A DNA stretch of 64,000 bases from positions 7,822 to 71,821 of the forward strand of contig CAYQDC010000001.1 of the NCBI GenBank assembly GCA_964416205.1, in the 5' to 3' direction. Under the pieces are notes generated by a model, which saw only the letters and a program-made list of their open reading frames with translations, was not told the DNA's origin and ran no database searches. Positions 39,949-48,930 of the stretch are shown in pieces. A program made the position numbers and the translations under genes. Source of the DNA: an uncultured Acetobacter sp. (lineage in GTDB: Bacteria > Pseudomonadota > Alphaproteobacteria > RF32 > CAG-239). The first letter of the stretch is position 1, and the number at the start of each line of letters is the position of its first letter.

Positions 39949-40366
39949 CTTTAAGCGATTAAAAGATAAGCATAATGTATTCAGATATTGTAAACCCAGT
40001 GTATGCAGCAAAGAGCGGAAAGTTATCTTTAAAGATGCGTTTGTATTGAGAGAAGAAAGGAACGAAGATTATTTATCTTGTCAATGGGCGGAATTTTATC
40101 CCGGACATCCGGAAAAGGCTAAAGATGAATTAGGGTTGACACCTAAAAAAAATGGTTTTGTGGCAAAAATGAATGTCGGTAAAATTTGCTTTTATGGAGA
40201 AAAATATCATCTTGATAATGTATATGTTACCCGCCTGAGGATGGGAACATCGTATTCTGGAATTTTTAATACATCTAATGATAATGACAGATTTTTGGAA
40301 GCTTTATCAAATGATGCAACGGAAGAATACAGAAATTACTTAAAAGAGCAGGAAAGAGGTTTTTGA
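39905..40366 (+). CDS. uncharacterised protein C of cassette (~153 aa); may be frameshifted continuation of B
   Basis: Overlaps B 3' end in a different frame (B in frame 1, C in frame 2). Confidence 0.4.
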   Translation: MNFIKIIRRVQFLANFKRLKDKHNVFRYCKPSVCSKERKVIFKDAFVLREERNEDYLSCQWAEFYPGHPEKAKDELGLTPKKNGFVAKMNVGKICFYGEKYHLDNVYVTRLRMGTSYSGIFNTSNDNDRFLEALSNDATEEYRNYLKEQERGF

Positions 40367-40395
40367 ACCTGCCTGCTGTCAACAAAAGTTTACAT

Positions 40396-40788
40396 TTATA
40401 AATCAGTGTTTACCGCGTCCGTATCCTTTTTCAAATCAGCTATCAACTCGTCCACCGTGTCAAAATGACCAAAAACGCGCCCTGCTTTTATGTCGGCTTC
40501 TACATTAGCCATTGCCTGCGCAATAAACTCTTCTTCTGTATTTAATACACATTTCCCGTTATGCCATATCTCACTGGAATCAATATCTGTGTCATCTGTC
40601 CAGGTTATACCATAACCACCACAATCAATCCTGCCTTTGGCAAACAGCCCCGGAATATCCTTTAACGGTTTAAATGCTTCGTATTTATCAAACAGCGGTT
40701 TCATATCATACAGTTTTTGCACGCCACTTACAAATTCGGCTTTTATGATAAAATCCGGCAAAAAGTTTATTTTCTTTATTTTAAACAT
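40396..40788 (-). CDS. DUF2442-like protein with C-terminal extension
   Basis: N-terminal pattern KI..V.....L...F.nG......L.PL.........F..V.V.--I.W.-...D...-..W resembling DUF2442; AGGAGG RBS before ATG 40788. Confidence 0.55.
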   Translation of the reverse strand: MFKIKKINFLPDFIIKAEFVSGVQKLYDMKPLFDKYEAFKPLKDIPGLFAKGRIDCGGYGITWTDDTDIDSSEIWHNGKCVLNTEEEFIAQAMANVEADIKAGRVFGHFDTVDELIADLKKDTDAVNTDL

Positions 40789-40799
40789 CGTCGGCCTCC

Positions 40800-41054
40800 T
40801 TATGTAAGCGGTGGCAATACCTTGAATTGTTGCGATTGCCACATTTCCAGCAATTCTTTTTTATGAATCTCCATCCACTCGATAACCATTGCAGCAGCCC
40901 TTGCTGGCAAATCCCCCTCAAGCATTTTCAGGCTTTGAATATCAAACAGGGCGCTGTATTCTCCGTAAATAACATGCACGTGTGGCGGATTATGCTCCGC
41001 CCCCAACAGAAACATTTTTATCACTATTCCATAAAATCGCGCAATCACCGGCAT
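40800..41054 (-). CDS. DUF4160-like protein
   Basis: EHNPPHVHVIYGEYSALFDIQ...LPARAAAMVIEWMEIHKKELLEMW matches DUF4160 signature; AAGGAG RBS; 11 nt upstream of DUF2442 gene. Confidence 0.6.
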   Translation of the reverse strand: MPVIARFYGIVIKMFLLGAEHNPPHVHVIYGEYSALFDIQSLKMLEGDLPARAAAMVIEWMEIHKKELLEMWQSQQFKVLPPLT

Positions 41055-41293
41055 TTTTTGTTCTCCTTTACTATACTTTTATTGTAGCTTATAAGTTACA
41101 ATAAATCAATAGTGGTTTATAATTTTTCTCCACCAATATAAAAGCGCAGAAAAAAAACACATACGGTTTCCAAAAGGTATTGACTTTTCCGAAAACGTGT
41201 GCTAGAAGTTATCACAATGGATAATTGTCGCCTGGTGATTGTCCATTTTTTTTACTCTTAATTATTATCCCTCCTTAAATATTAAATGACACT

Positions 41294-41326
41294 GCCCCCG
41301 CTTTGCACCTGCCGGGGGCTTTTTTA
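41294..41326 (+). terminator. rho-independent terminator that is part of a ~30-nt repeat also present at 60504-60533
   Basis: GCCCCCG...CGGGGGC stem + TTTTTT; repeat gccgggggcttttttaatggaaaaacg(c/a)ca. Confidence 0.5.
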
Positions 41327-41342
41327 ATGGAAAAACGCCACT

Positions 41343-41789
41343 ATGGACACGATAGAACTGTATTTGCGCGGGCTTTCAGACAAACCCCAAAAGCCCTTAA
41401 CAACTATGGAGATGTATTTACAGGGAGTTAAAATCGAACCGCCAAAGCCTCGTACGGTTATTGAATGTTATTTAGCTGGCGTCGCCTGTGACGAGTGGCA
41501 GGAAGAAGACCACCCGCGCGATGATGACGGTAAATTCAGCAAAGTCAGAGGAAAAAACGCAAAATCGGTTGCCAAAAACGCCGGAAAGTGTAAAATAAAA
41601 AGACGACGCCGGATTGTCAGATTATCCGAAAAAGAGTTCGCCGAAGTTCAGAGCGCTTTTATGACTGATGTTACTAAGGAACAACGAAAGCAAAGTGTTT
41701 TGAAAAAATACATCGGCAATTATATTTACACCGGGATTTTGCGTGAAGACGGCACCAGAGATATTGTTAAAAGGATAAAAATAAAATGA
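41343..41789 (+). CDS. 'HPRD' module protein copy 1: N-terminal ELYLRG/KP.KP repeats, DHPRDDDGKF linker, basic C-terminal domain
   Basis: Paralogous to 59725..60240 and to the C-terminus of the portal 43951..45762. Confidence 0.5.
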   Translation: MDTIELYLRGLSDKPQKPLTTMEMYLQGVKIEPPKPRTVIECYLAGVACDEWQEEDHPRDDDGKFSKVRGKNAKSVAKNAGKCKIKRRRRIVRLSEKEFAEVQSAFMTDVTKEQRKQSVLKKYIGNYIYTGILREDGTRDIVKRIKIK

Positions 41790-42040
41790 CGCTGGATTTT
41801 AAGGCAATAATAAACAAAGCAATTTCTGAACCTGTTGGTCTGGAATTATATAATATCTTGCGTGATATATGGAATGATGAAGAATTTTTGGCCTTAAATC
41901 TTTATGAAATGGATACGCCGGAAAAAAAACAGAAACTGATTGGCTATATTCGTCAATATGATATTACAAGCCCCAGCGATGTTAATTTGCTGGCAGATTA
42001 TATTGATGACGGAATAGAACCGGAGCTTGAAGAAGATTGA
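41786..42040 (+). CDS. small acidic protein, family member 1 (84 aa), coupled to the copy-1 module gene
   Basis: ATGA overlap with upstream stop; homologous to 45763.., 46043.., 60240.. (shared ..LY.IL.D.WN..EF.. and ..KKQKLI.YI..Y.......D.NLL..YI.DG.EPE.EED). Confidence 0.5.
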   Translation: MTLDFKAIINKAISEPVGLELYNILRDIWNDEEFLALNLYEMDTPEKKQKLIGYIRQYDITSPSDVNLLADYIDDGIEPELEED

Positions 42041-42088
42041 TACCCACCCGCCGGCGCACATAACAACCGGCTTTTTTTATACCTTTAA

Positions 42089-42325
42089 TTGCAAAGAGAA
42101 AAAACAATGATAACCTACACCGAAAAAATAACGGTTATGCCTTATGATATAAAAGTCGTATATGGCCCTAAAGACATTGACAGACAGCATTTTATAGAAA
42201 TCATATTGACGCATTCCGACGGCAGTAAGACCGGCCATTCACTTTCCATTTCAGAGGCCAACGACTTTATAGAACAAATCAAAAATGCGATTGACGTCAT
42301 TCAAAGCGTCATACCCATTTCATAG
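42089..42325 (+). CDS. hypothetical phage protein (78 aa)
   Basis: ORF after terminator 42045-42085. Confidence 0.35.
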   Translation: MQREKTMITYTEKITVMPYDIKVVYGPKDIDRQHFIEIILTHSDGSKTGHSLSISEANDFIEQIKNAIDVIQSVIPIS

Positions 42326-42408
42326 GATTTTATCTGTATTTCTTATCAATCCGCTTTTTCACCCCGCGAAGAGCCACAAAAAAGCACATTATCTGCTGAG
42401 TAAACATT

Positions 42409-42717
42409 ATGGCAAATAAAGATAATTTAATCAAAAATGAAGATTTAACGCCAACCGAGCGCCGAAAACGCGCCCGCAAAGCCGGTATTGCCAGCGGTAA
42501 GGCCAGGCGGGAACGAAAGGCCTTAAAAGAAGAGCTGATTATGTTACTGGAGAACGGCGACGCCCAGGCGCGTATCTGTACGGCGCTTATGGAAAAAGCC
42601 CTTATCGGCGACACCAAAGCTTTTGAAGTTATCCGGGACACCATCGGCGAAAAGCCGGTTGACCGTCAGGAAGTAATGCAGATTGAACCGCCTGTAATTA
42701 TCGATGATATTAAATAA
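42409..42717 (+). CDS. terminase small subunit (candidate)
   Basis: 102 aa basic/HTH-like protein directly upstream of large terminase. Confidence 0.5.
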   Translation: MANKDNLIKNEDLTPTERRKRARKAGIASGKARRERKALKEELIMLLENGDAQARICTALMEKALIGDTKAFEVIRDTIGEKPVDRQEVMQIEPPVIIDDIK

Positions 42718-42726
42718 GGGGTTGAA

Positions 42727-43947
42727 ATGGCGGGATTATCAAAATTGATAGCACCGCCGTTTTATGCAATTCATTTAGATATTAAGAACGGCGGACATAC
42801 TGAATACTGGCTAAAAGGAGGCCGTGCGTCCACAAAGTCAAGTTTTATCAGTATTGAAATAATCTTAACGCTGATAAAATCACCGGGAACGCACGCCGTT
42901 TGCTACCGTAAAGTCGGCAACCGTCTGGAAACCTCGGTATATAACCAGATTAAATGGGCGGTGAGTGCCTTGGGTTTAATGCCTTATTTCAGGTTTTACA
43001 AAAACCCCCTCAAGGCCGAATATACCTTAACCGGGCAACACATCCTTTTCTTAGGCCTGGACGATCCGGAAAACTCGCGTTCGATTAAACTGCCGTTTGG
43101 TTACATCAAACAACTGTGGTTTGAAGAGCTGACCCAATATGACGGTATGACGGAAATCCGCAACGTTATGCAGTCCGTTATCCGTGGCGGTGATGATTGT
43201 CTGATTTATTATTCCTACAATCCGCCGATAGAGCCGAACAACTGGGTAAATATTGAAGCCAAAACCGACAACCCGGCGCGCCTTGTTCATCACTCTACTT
43301 ACGAGGGCGTCCCGGCCGAGTGGCTGGGCAAGTCCTTTTTTGTTGGTGTTGAACACTTAAAAAAGACCAACGAAAGAGCCTACCGCCACGAATACTTAGG
43401 TGAAGAAGTCGGCACCGGCTTATCGGTATTCACTAACATAGAATCCCGGATATTGCCGGAAGAAGAAACCCGACATTTTGACAATATATGTGAGGGTATC
43501 GACTGGGGCTATTCTGTTGACCCGTTTGTGTGGCTTAAAATGCACTATGACCGCAAACGCCAGACCGTTTACATTTACGAAGAGATTTATCAGGTTGGCC
43601 TGTCCAACCGGGAATCTATAGATCTTGTCAGAGCCGTCCACGATGACGACGCGATAATCATTGCCGATTCTGCCGAGCCAAAGTCTATATGGGAGTTTGC
43701 CGACGCTGGTCTGCCTGTTGAGCGAGCCGAAAAGGGCGCTGGTTCAGTCAGATTCGGCATAAAGAAGTTACAGGGTTTGGAAAAAATCGTCATCGACCCG
43801 CACAGATGCCCAAACGCCCTGCGGGAGTTTACCGGCTATGCTTACGAGGTGGACAAACAGGGCAACCCCAAAGCCAGTTATCCTGATAAGGACAATCACT
43901 GTATCGACTGCGCCCGCTATGCGCTGGAACAACAATTTGAGTATTAG
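42727..43947 (+). CDS. terminase large subunit (PBSX/Terminase_3-like)
   Basis: N-terminal ATPase (GGRASTKS Walker A-like), C-terminal nuclease with acidic residues; 406 aa. Confidence 0.8.
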   Translation: MAGLSKLIAPPFYAIHLDIKNGGHTEYWLKGGRASTKSSFISIEIILTLIKSPGTHAVCYRKVGNRLETSVYNQIKWAVSALGLMPYFRFYKNPLKAEYTLTGQHILFLGLDDPENSRSIKLPFGYIKQLWFEELTQYDGMTEIRNVMQSVIRGGDDCLIYYSYNPPIEPNNWVNIEAKTDNPARLVHHSTYEGVPAEWLGKSFFVGVEHLKKTNERAYRHEYLGEEVGTGLSVFTNIESRILPEEETRHFDNICEGIDWGYSVDPFVWLKMHYDRKRQTVYIYEEIYQVGLSNRESIDLVRAVHDDDAIIIADSAEPKSIWEFADAGLPVERAEKGAGSVRFGIKKLQGLEKIVIDPHRCPNALREFTGYAYEVDKQGNPKASYPDKDNHCIDCARYALEQQFEY

Positions 43948-43950
43948 ACA

Positions 43951-45762
43951 ATGAAGTTTTTTAAGAAAAAAGCCCCCAAAGCCCCGGTTGTTATGCCAAA
44001 ACCGAAAAAAGAAGAGCGCGCTACCCCTTTTCATCCGCAGATGACCAGACCGAGCCTTATGGCGGGCTTTGACGCCAGTATCAGACGCCGGGCTGATGAA
44101 TTTGTTGTCGAGCAGGTGAATATCGGTGGCAACATCCTGAATATCGCCACCGACGGCAAATTGTCCCAATCTGCCCGCAACGCTCTGGCACAGGCGTATG
44201 AACCGAATATTGCCGGGCAGGAGATTATTTATACCTATTTTGCCAGACAGAGCTTTATCGGCTTTCAGAACTGCGCTATCCTGTCGCAGAACTGGCTTAT
44301 CAACAAAGCCTGCATGCAACCGGCAGTTGACGCCGCCGCCATTGCTTATGACATTACCTTAAACGATGACGAAACCACCGACGAGGACAACCGTATTCTT
44401 GACGAGCTAAAGGCCAAAGCCACCTTTACGCAGAATTACGATATTATCGGTATATGCCGGGAATTTGCCGAGAAAAAGCGCCGTTTTGGTCAGGCTCTGT
44501 GTCTGCCGGTTGTTGATGATGTCGATTATTCCCTGCCGTTTAATATAGACGCCGTCGGCCACCACACCTATAAGGGAATGGTAAACATCGAACCGCAGTG
44601 GATAACGCCTGTTTTAGACGGCAGAGCGTCAAACGACCCGACCTGTCGCCGATTCTACAAACCGACATATTTTCGCCTGCCAGACGGACAGATTGTCCAC
44701 CACAGTTGGGTGCAGTTTGCCACGTATGGCAATATTCCCGATATTTTGAAGCCAACCTATTATTTTGGCGGTTATCCGTTGCCACAACTGTTATATGAAC
44801 AGGTTTACGCCGCCGAAAAGACCGCCAAAGAAGCCCCGATGCTGGCACAGTCCAAACGCCTGAACTACATGGAGGGCAACCTAAACGCCTATATTACCAA
44901 CGCTGATAAGATGGACAAAGAAATCCGCCTTATGTCTTGGCTTAGGAATAACTGGGGCTGGATGCTGGTAGGGCGCGATCAGAAACTTGGACAGCTTGAT
45001 ACCAGCTTAACCGATGTCGATTCGGTTACAATGCTAAGCTATCAGATTGTCGCCGCCATTGCCGGTATGCCGTCCGCCCGCTTACTTGAAACTTCGCCCA
45101 AAGGCTGGCAGTCTTCCGGCAGTTACGAGGACGAAAACTACAAAAAGCTGTTGTTATCCATACAGGAGCAGGATTTTGTCCCGATTCTTAATCGTCATTA
45201 CCGCCTGCTGACCAAATCCGAATACGGCAGAAGCTACGAATACAACTGCGTATTTACCCCGATTGACACGCCGTCGGCAAAAGAACTTGCGGAGATTAAC
45301 GAAATCAACAGCCGGACCAACGCCGCTTATATCAGTGCTGGGGTTGTATCTGCCGAAGAAGTCCGCAACGCCCTAAGACAGGACGAAAACAGCGGTTTCA
45401 ATGCCTTATCCGAAGAAATGGAAGCAGAAGAAGACCTTTCCGGCCTGTTTGGTGAGGAAGAAGAACAGCCCGAAGAGCCAAAAGACGAACCAGCCCTTGA
45501 CGCGTGGCAGGAAACAGACCACCCCCGGGATAAAGACGGCAGGTTCTCTTCCTCTGGTAGCAATTCCACAGGGAGCAAAAAAACAGTTGTCAAACTCTCA
45601 AAAAAAGAATATGGTAAAATCACGCACGAATTAAACACCAACCTCACAAAAGAGGAAATAAACAAAGGTTATACTGAACGATATATCGGCAACCGAAAAT
45701 ATTATATTTTTATTAACGGATTTAATGACTATAAAATTCTTGATTGGGAGAAAATAAAATAA
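43951..45762 (+). CDS. portal protein with C-terminal 'HPRD'-module extension
   Basis: 603 aa, follows terminase; C-terminal ~115 aa (from ~45409) = acidic linker + DHPRDKDGRF + basic domain homologous to copies 1 and 2. Confidence 0.7.
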   Translation: MKFFKKKAPKAPVVMPKPKKEERATPFHPQMTRPSLMAGFDASIRRRADEFVVEQVNIGGNILNIATDGKLSQSARNALAQAYEPNIAGQEIIYTYFARQSFIGFQNCAILSQNWLINKACMQPAVDAAAIAYDITLNDDETTDEDNRILDELKAKATFTQNYDIIGICREFAEKKRRFGQALCLPVVDDVDYSLPFNIDAVGHHTYKGMVNIEPQWITPVLDGRASNDPTCRRFYKPTYFRLPDGQIVHHSWVQFATYGNIPDILKPTYYFGGYPLPQLLYEQVYAAEKTAKEAPMLAQSKRLNYMEGNLNAYITNADKMDKEIRLMSWLRNNWGWMLVGRDQKLGQLDTSLTDVDSVTMLSYQIVAAIAGMPSARLLETSPKGWQSSGSYEDENYKKLLLSIQEQDFVPILNRHYRLLTKSEYGRSYEYNCVFTPIDTPSAKELAEINEINSRTNAAYISAGVVSAEEVRNALRQDENSGFNALSEEMEAEEDLSGLFGEEEEQPEEPKDEPALDAWQETDHPRDKDGRFSSSGSNSTGSKKTVVKLSKKEYGKITHELNTNLTKEEINKGYTERYIGNRKYYIFINGFNDYKILDWEKIK

Positions 45763-45995
45763 TGGAAGAAGATACTTATATAGAAACAAAAAACGCGCCA
45801 AAGCTTCGCGAACTTCTGTCTGAATATTCATTGAACAAAAAGGACATAGATATTCTGTTATATTTTCTGCCCACCGAGGAAGCCCGGCAAAAAATGATAG
45901 ATTTCATTGAACAGGAAAAACCGGCAACGACGAAAGAGATTGCACGAAAAGTTCCTGAATTTGGAAATTTAAGACTGGTCGTCCCTGAAGATTAA
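45763..45995 (+). CDS. small acidic protein, family member 2 (77 aa)
   Basis: GGGAG RBS; ATG 1 nt after portal stop. Confidence 0.5.
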
Positions 45996-46042
45996 AAACA
46001 AAGGCTTTAATGAGTATGAGATAATCGGAAAGGTGAAAATAC

Positions 46043-46276
46043 ATGGTGTCGATTAAAAGGGAAGACGTCCCCACGGAAACCGGGAAGAAACTTTATGATT
46101 TGCTGGTTGATTCCTGGAATAACCCTGAATTTATCCGGGGAACTCTGGCAATTCTTAGAGGCGACGCCAAAAAACAGGAGTTAATTGACGCTATAGAGGC
46201 AGGAATGACTGACTCTGACGATATTATTAGTAAATCTTGGGAAATCGCCTTTGGAGAAAAGTTGCCCGGTGATTAG
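46043..46276 (+). CDS. small acidic protein, family member 3 (77 aa)
   Basis: Homologous to member 1 (LYDLLVDSWNNPEF vs LYNILRDIWNDEEF). Confidence 0.5.
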   Translation: MVSIKREDVPTETGKKLYDLLVDSWNNPEFIRGTLAILRGDAKKQELIDAIEAGMTDSDDIISKSWEIAFGEKLPGD

Positions 46277-46461
46277 AAACAATCCGTCTTTAAGGATAAA
46301 AGGAAAAAGCTAGATTGGGAGGACGGCCAACCCCATTTAAGGGAATCCCTCCATCGTAATAGCTTTGTAAGCTACCCGGCAGGCGAGGCCGAATTTTCTG
46401 CAGTTCAATCCAGCTTTTATATATTTATACTACCACAAAAATTGGAAAAAGCAAGCGATAA

Positions 46462-47277
46462 ATGTCTGAAAATGAATTAACATCAACCAGGCTGAACCCG
46501 AACGCCGGTATAATGGCATGGTATGTTCGGGAGTTGCGCAAACTCACTCACGCAATGACGGCGGAATGTCGGGCGCGGTTAAAGGAAATCTATGCCACCG
46601 GCTATCCTGACATTGCCTTTGATGAAAGTATTTCAAGTCAGGCCAGAATTGCCTTAAATGAATTACTGGAAAAATACGGCGATAAGTTCAGCAGGCGGGC
46701 GAAAACCCTTGCCCGGGATTTGGTAAACCGCACCAACCGGTATTCAAACAATCAGGTAAACCGGGCAATAAAAGATATGTTAAGCGATAAGGCAAAAGAT
46801 TTTACCCTGTCGCTGTCGGTTACCTCTGCCGAAAAAAAGGAAATCTTTAAAGCGCTGATTTTTGAAAATGTCAGTCTGATTAAGTCGATTCCCAACGACT
46901 ACTTTAAGCAGATAACCGGCGCCGTTGCCCGATCTATTGAAAACGGCGAGGGTATTCGCTGGCTGGCCAGACAGTTAAGGAAAACCGGTTATTCAACCGA
47001 ACGGCGGGCGCAGTTAATCGCGCAGGATCAGACCCGCAAAGCCTACAGCTGTATCAACCTGCGCAATTTTCAGGAGGCAGGTATTCGCAAATTCAGGTGG
47101 TTACATTCGGGAGGCTCTGCCAACCCGCGAGAATACCACAAAAACGTATTAAGTGGCAATGTTTATGACATTAACGACCCGCCGATAATCGATAAAAACA
47201 CCGGCGAGCGGGGTTTCCCCGGGCAGTTGCCTTATTGCCGGTGTGTGATGTGCGCGGTGTTATCTTTTGAGGAATAG
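46462..47277 (+). CDS. head morphogenesis protein, Mu F / SPP1 gp7 family
   Basis: Phage_Mu_F-like core (...IAQDQTRKAYSCINLRNFQEAGIRKFRWLHSGGS...). Confidence 0.75.
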   Translation: MSENELTSTRLNPNAGIMAWYVRELRKLTHAMTAECRARLKEIYATGYPDIAFDESISSQARIALNELLEKYGDKFSRRAKTLARDLVNRTNRYSNNQVNRAIKDMLSDKAKDFTLSLSVTSAEKKEIFKALIFENVSLIKSIPNDYFKQITGAVARSIENGEGIRWLARQLRKTGYSTERRAQLIAQDQTRKAYSCINLRNFQEAGIRKFRWLHSGGSANPREYHKNVLSGNVYDINDPPIIDKNTGERGFPGQLPYCRCVMCAVLSFEE

Positions 47278-47280
47278 AAA

Positions 47281-48432
47281 ATGCAGGCGGAAGATAAAAA
47301 AACAGTAGATTACAACGATTTCTGGTATATCAAAAACAACCCCCTCTCTAAAGTGGGGGTTTTTCCATACCTCGGACGCCAGATAAGCCCGGAGCTTGAA
47401 CCAGATCGGATTTATCAGGTTTACCGCCCCGAAGAGGAGCTGTCCAAACCTGAAACGCTGGAGACCTTTAAGCTTATCCCGATAACTGACGAACATACGA
47501 TGTTGGGGACAAAAGACGGTATGACCCCGGCCGAAGAAAAGGGCGTCCACGGTGTAACCGGCGACAATCCGGAATTTAAGGACGGATTTATAACCTGCGA
47601 CATCAAGATATATTCAGAAACATTAAAAAAAGAGATTGAGAACGGCAAAAAGGACTTATCAGTCGGTTATTTCTGCCGTTACGAACTTTTGCCCGGAGAA
47701 TACAAAGGGCAACCATACGACGCTGTCCAGAGAGACGTCAGAGTAAACCATATTGCTTTGGTTGACGAGGGGCGTATGGGTAAAGACGTCAGGGTAATGG
47801 ACAGCAAAGATTTAACGCAACTTACAAATGAGGAGTTAAAAATGGAAAAAAACAAAGCGTGCGATGAAGACAGGCGCGATATTATGCGTGCAGCCGACGC
47901 TATTGCTATGAAACCCGCCTCTGAATTTAAAGGAGGCGAAGAGGAAAAATTCCGCACCCTTACGGCTAAGCTGGGAGAACTGGCTAAACCCTCTGTAACC
48001 GGAGCAGCCGACGAAAAACCTGAACCGGAAGAAGAGAAAAAGGAAAAGCCGGTGGAGGATAACGACGACGATGCGGAAAAAACCGAAGACGAAGCCCCGG
48101 AAAAAGAAGAGGCAGAGGACGACGACGATGAGAAAGAAGAGGAAAAGGAAGAGAAAAAATCCTTTTCTATGGACGAGGCTGTCAGATATTTTGGCAGACG
48201 CGACGCTCTCGTTGCCAAAGTCCGCCCGCTTGTCGGTGATAACGTCAATTATGGCAATATGACGATTGCGGAGGTTATCAGATATGCGTGCGATAAGCTC
48301 GACATCAAAAATTCAGAAGACGCTCTTGATGGTTATATCAAAGCGGTAGGCCGTACTGCGCGAAAAGCCTCTGCCTGGGATAGCTATGAACAGAGCGACA
48401 CCATTAAACAGTATTTGAAAGGGAGTAAATAA
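47281..48432 (+). CDS. head scaffold/protease-like protein with poly-acidic region
   Basis: 383 aa; E/D/K-rich stretch typical of scaffolding proteins; position between MuF and capsid. Confidence 0.4.
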   Translation: MQAEDKKTVDYNDFWYIKNNPLSKVGVFPYLGRQISPELEPDRIYQVYRPEEELSKPETLETFKLIPITDEHTMLGTKDGMTPAEEKGVHGVTGDNPEFKDGFITCDIKIYSETLKKEIENGKKDLSVGYFCRYELLPGEYKGQPYDAVQRDVRVNHIALVDEGRMGKDVRVMDSKDLTQLTNEELKMEKNKACDEDRRDIMRAADAIAMKPASEFKGGEEEKFRTLTAKLGELAKPSVTGAADEKPEPEEEKKEKPVEDNDDDAEKTEDEAPEKEEAEDDDDEKEEEKEEKKSFSMDEAVRYFGRRDALVAKVRPLVGDNVNYGNMTIAEVIRYACDKLDIKNSEDALDGYIKAVGRTARKASAWDSYEQSDTIKQYLKGSK

Positions 48433-48434
48433 AA

Positions 48435-48917
48435 ATGGTACAGACTGTTGTAAATCAGTTTCTGGCAAAGGGTGTTGAGGGCGATTACGCTGACGATTCC
48501 CCACGCCGTGAAGCTGGATTCATTCTTACCGGTACTAGTAGCGCGTCCGCTAAAGTTGGTGTAGCTTATACACAAAGCACAGCGGGCGACAATTTTGCTG
48601 TAGTTGGCGGTACTGGTACTTTTCTTGGTATTTGTGTTAATTCCAAAACTTTTGCCAACTATAATGGACTGACCGCCGGGCTTGAGTTGCCAGACGGCAT
48701 TCAGGGCGGTTTGTGTTCTTTTGGCCACATATTCGTAAAATCCGCGACTGCTTTTGCCCCGGGTTACATTGCCGCCTTTAATCAGACCACTGGTGCAATA
48801 TCCGCTTATTCGAGTTCAACTTCTATTGGCACTGGCGAAACCCAGATTGCTAACGCTAAATTTATTAAGTATTCAGGCGAAGCTGGCGAAATCGGCGTGC
48901 TGGAACTTGGAAATTAA
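48435..48917 (+). CDS. head structural/decoration-like protein (160 aa)
   Basis: G/A/T/S-rich small protein immediately before major capsid gene. Confidence 0.35.
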   Translation: MVQTVVNQFLAKGVEGDYADDSPRREAGFILTGTSSASAKVGVAYTQSTAGDNFAVVGGTGTFLGICVNSKTFANYNGLTAGLELPDGIQGGLCSFGHIFVKSATAFAPGYIAAFNQTTGAISAYSSSTSIGTGETQIANAKFIKYSGEAGEIGVLELGN

Positions 48918-48930
48918 GGAGTAAACACAG

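Noticed and set aside
47679-48248. 189-aa Ser-rich ORF antisense to the poly-acidic region of 47281..48432
   Set aside because: Low-complexity mirror image of GAA/GAG-rich coding sequence.
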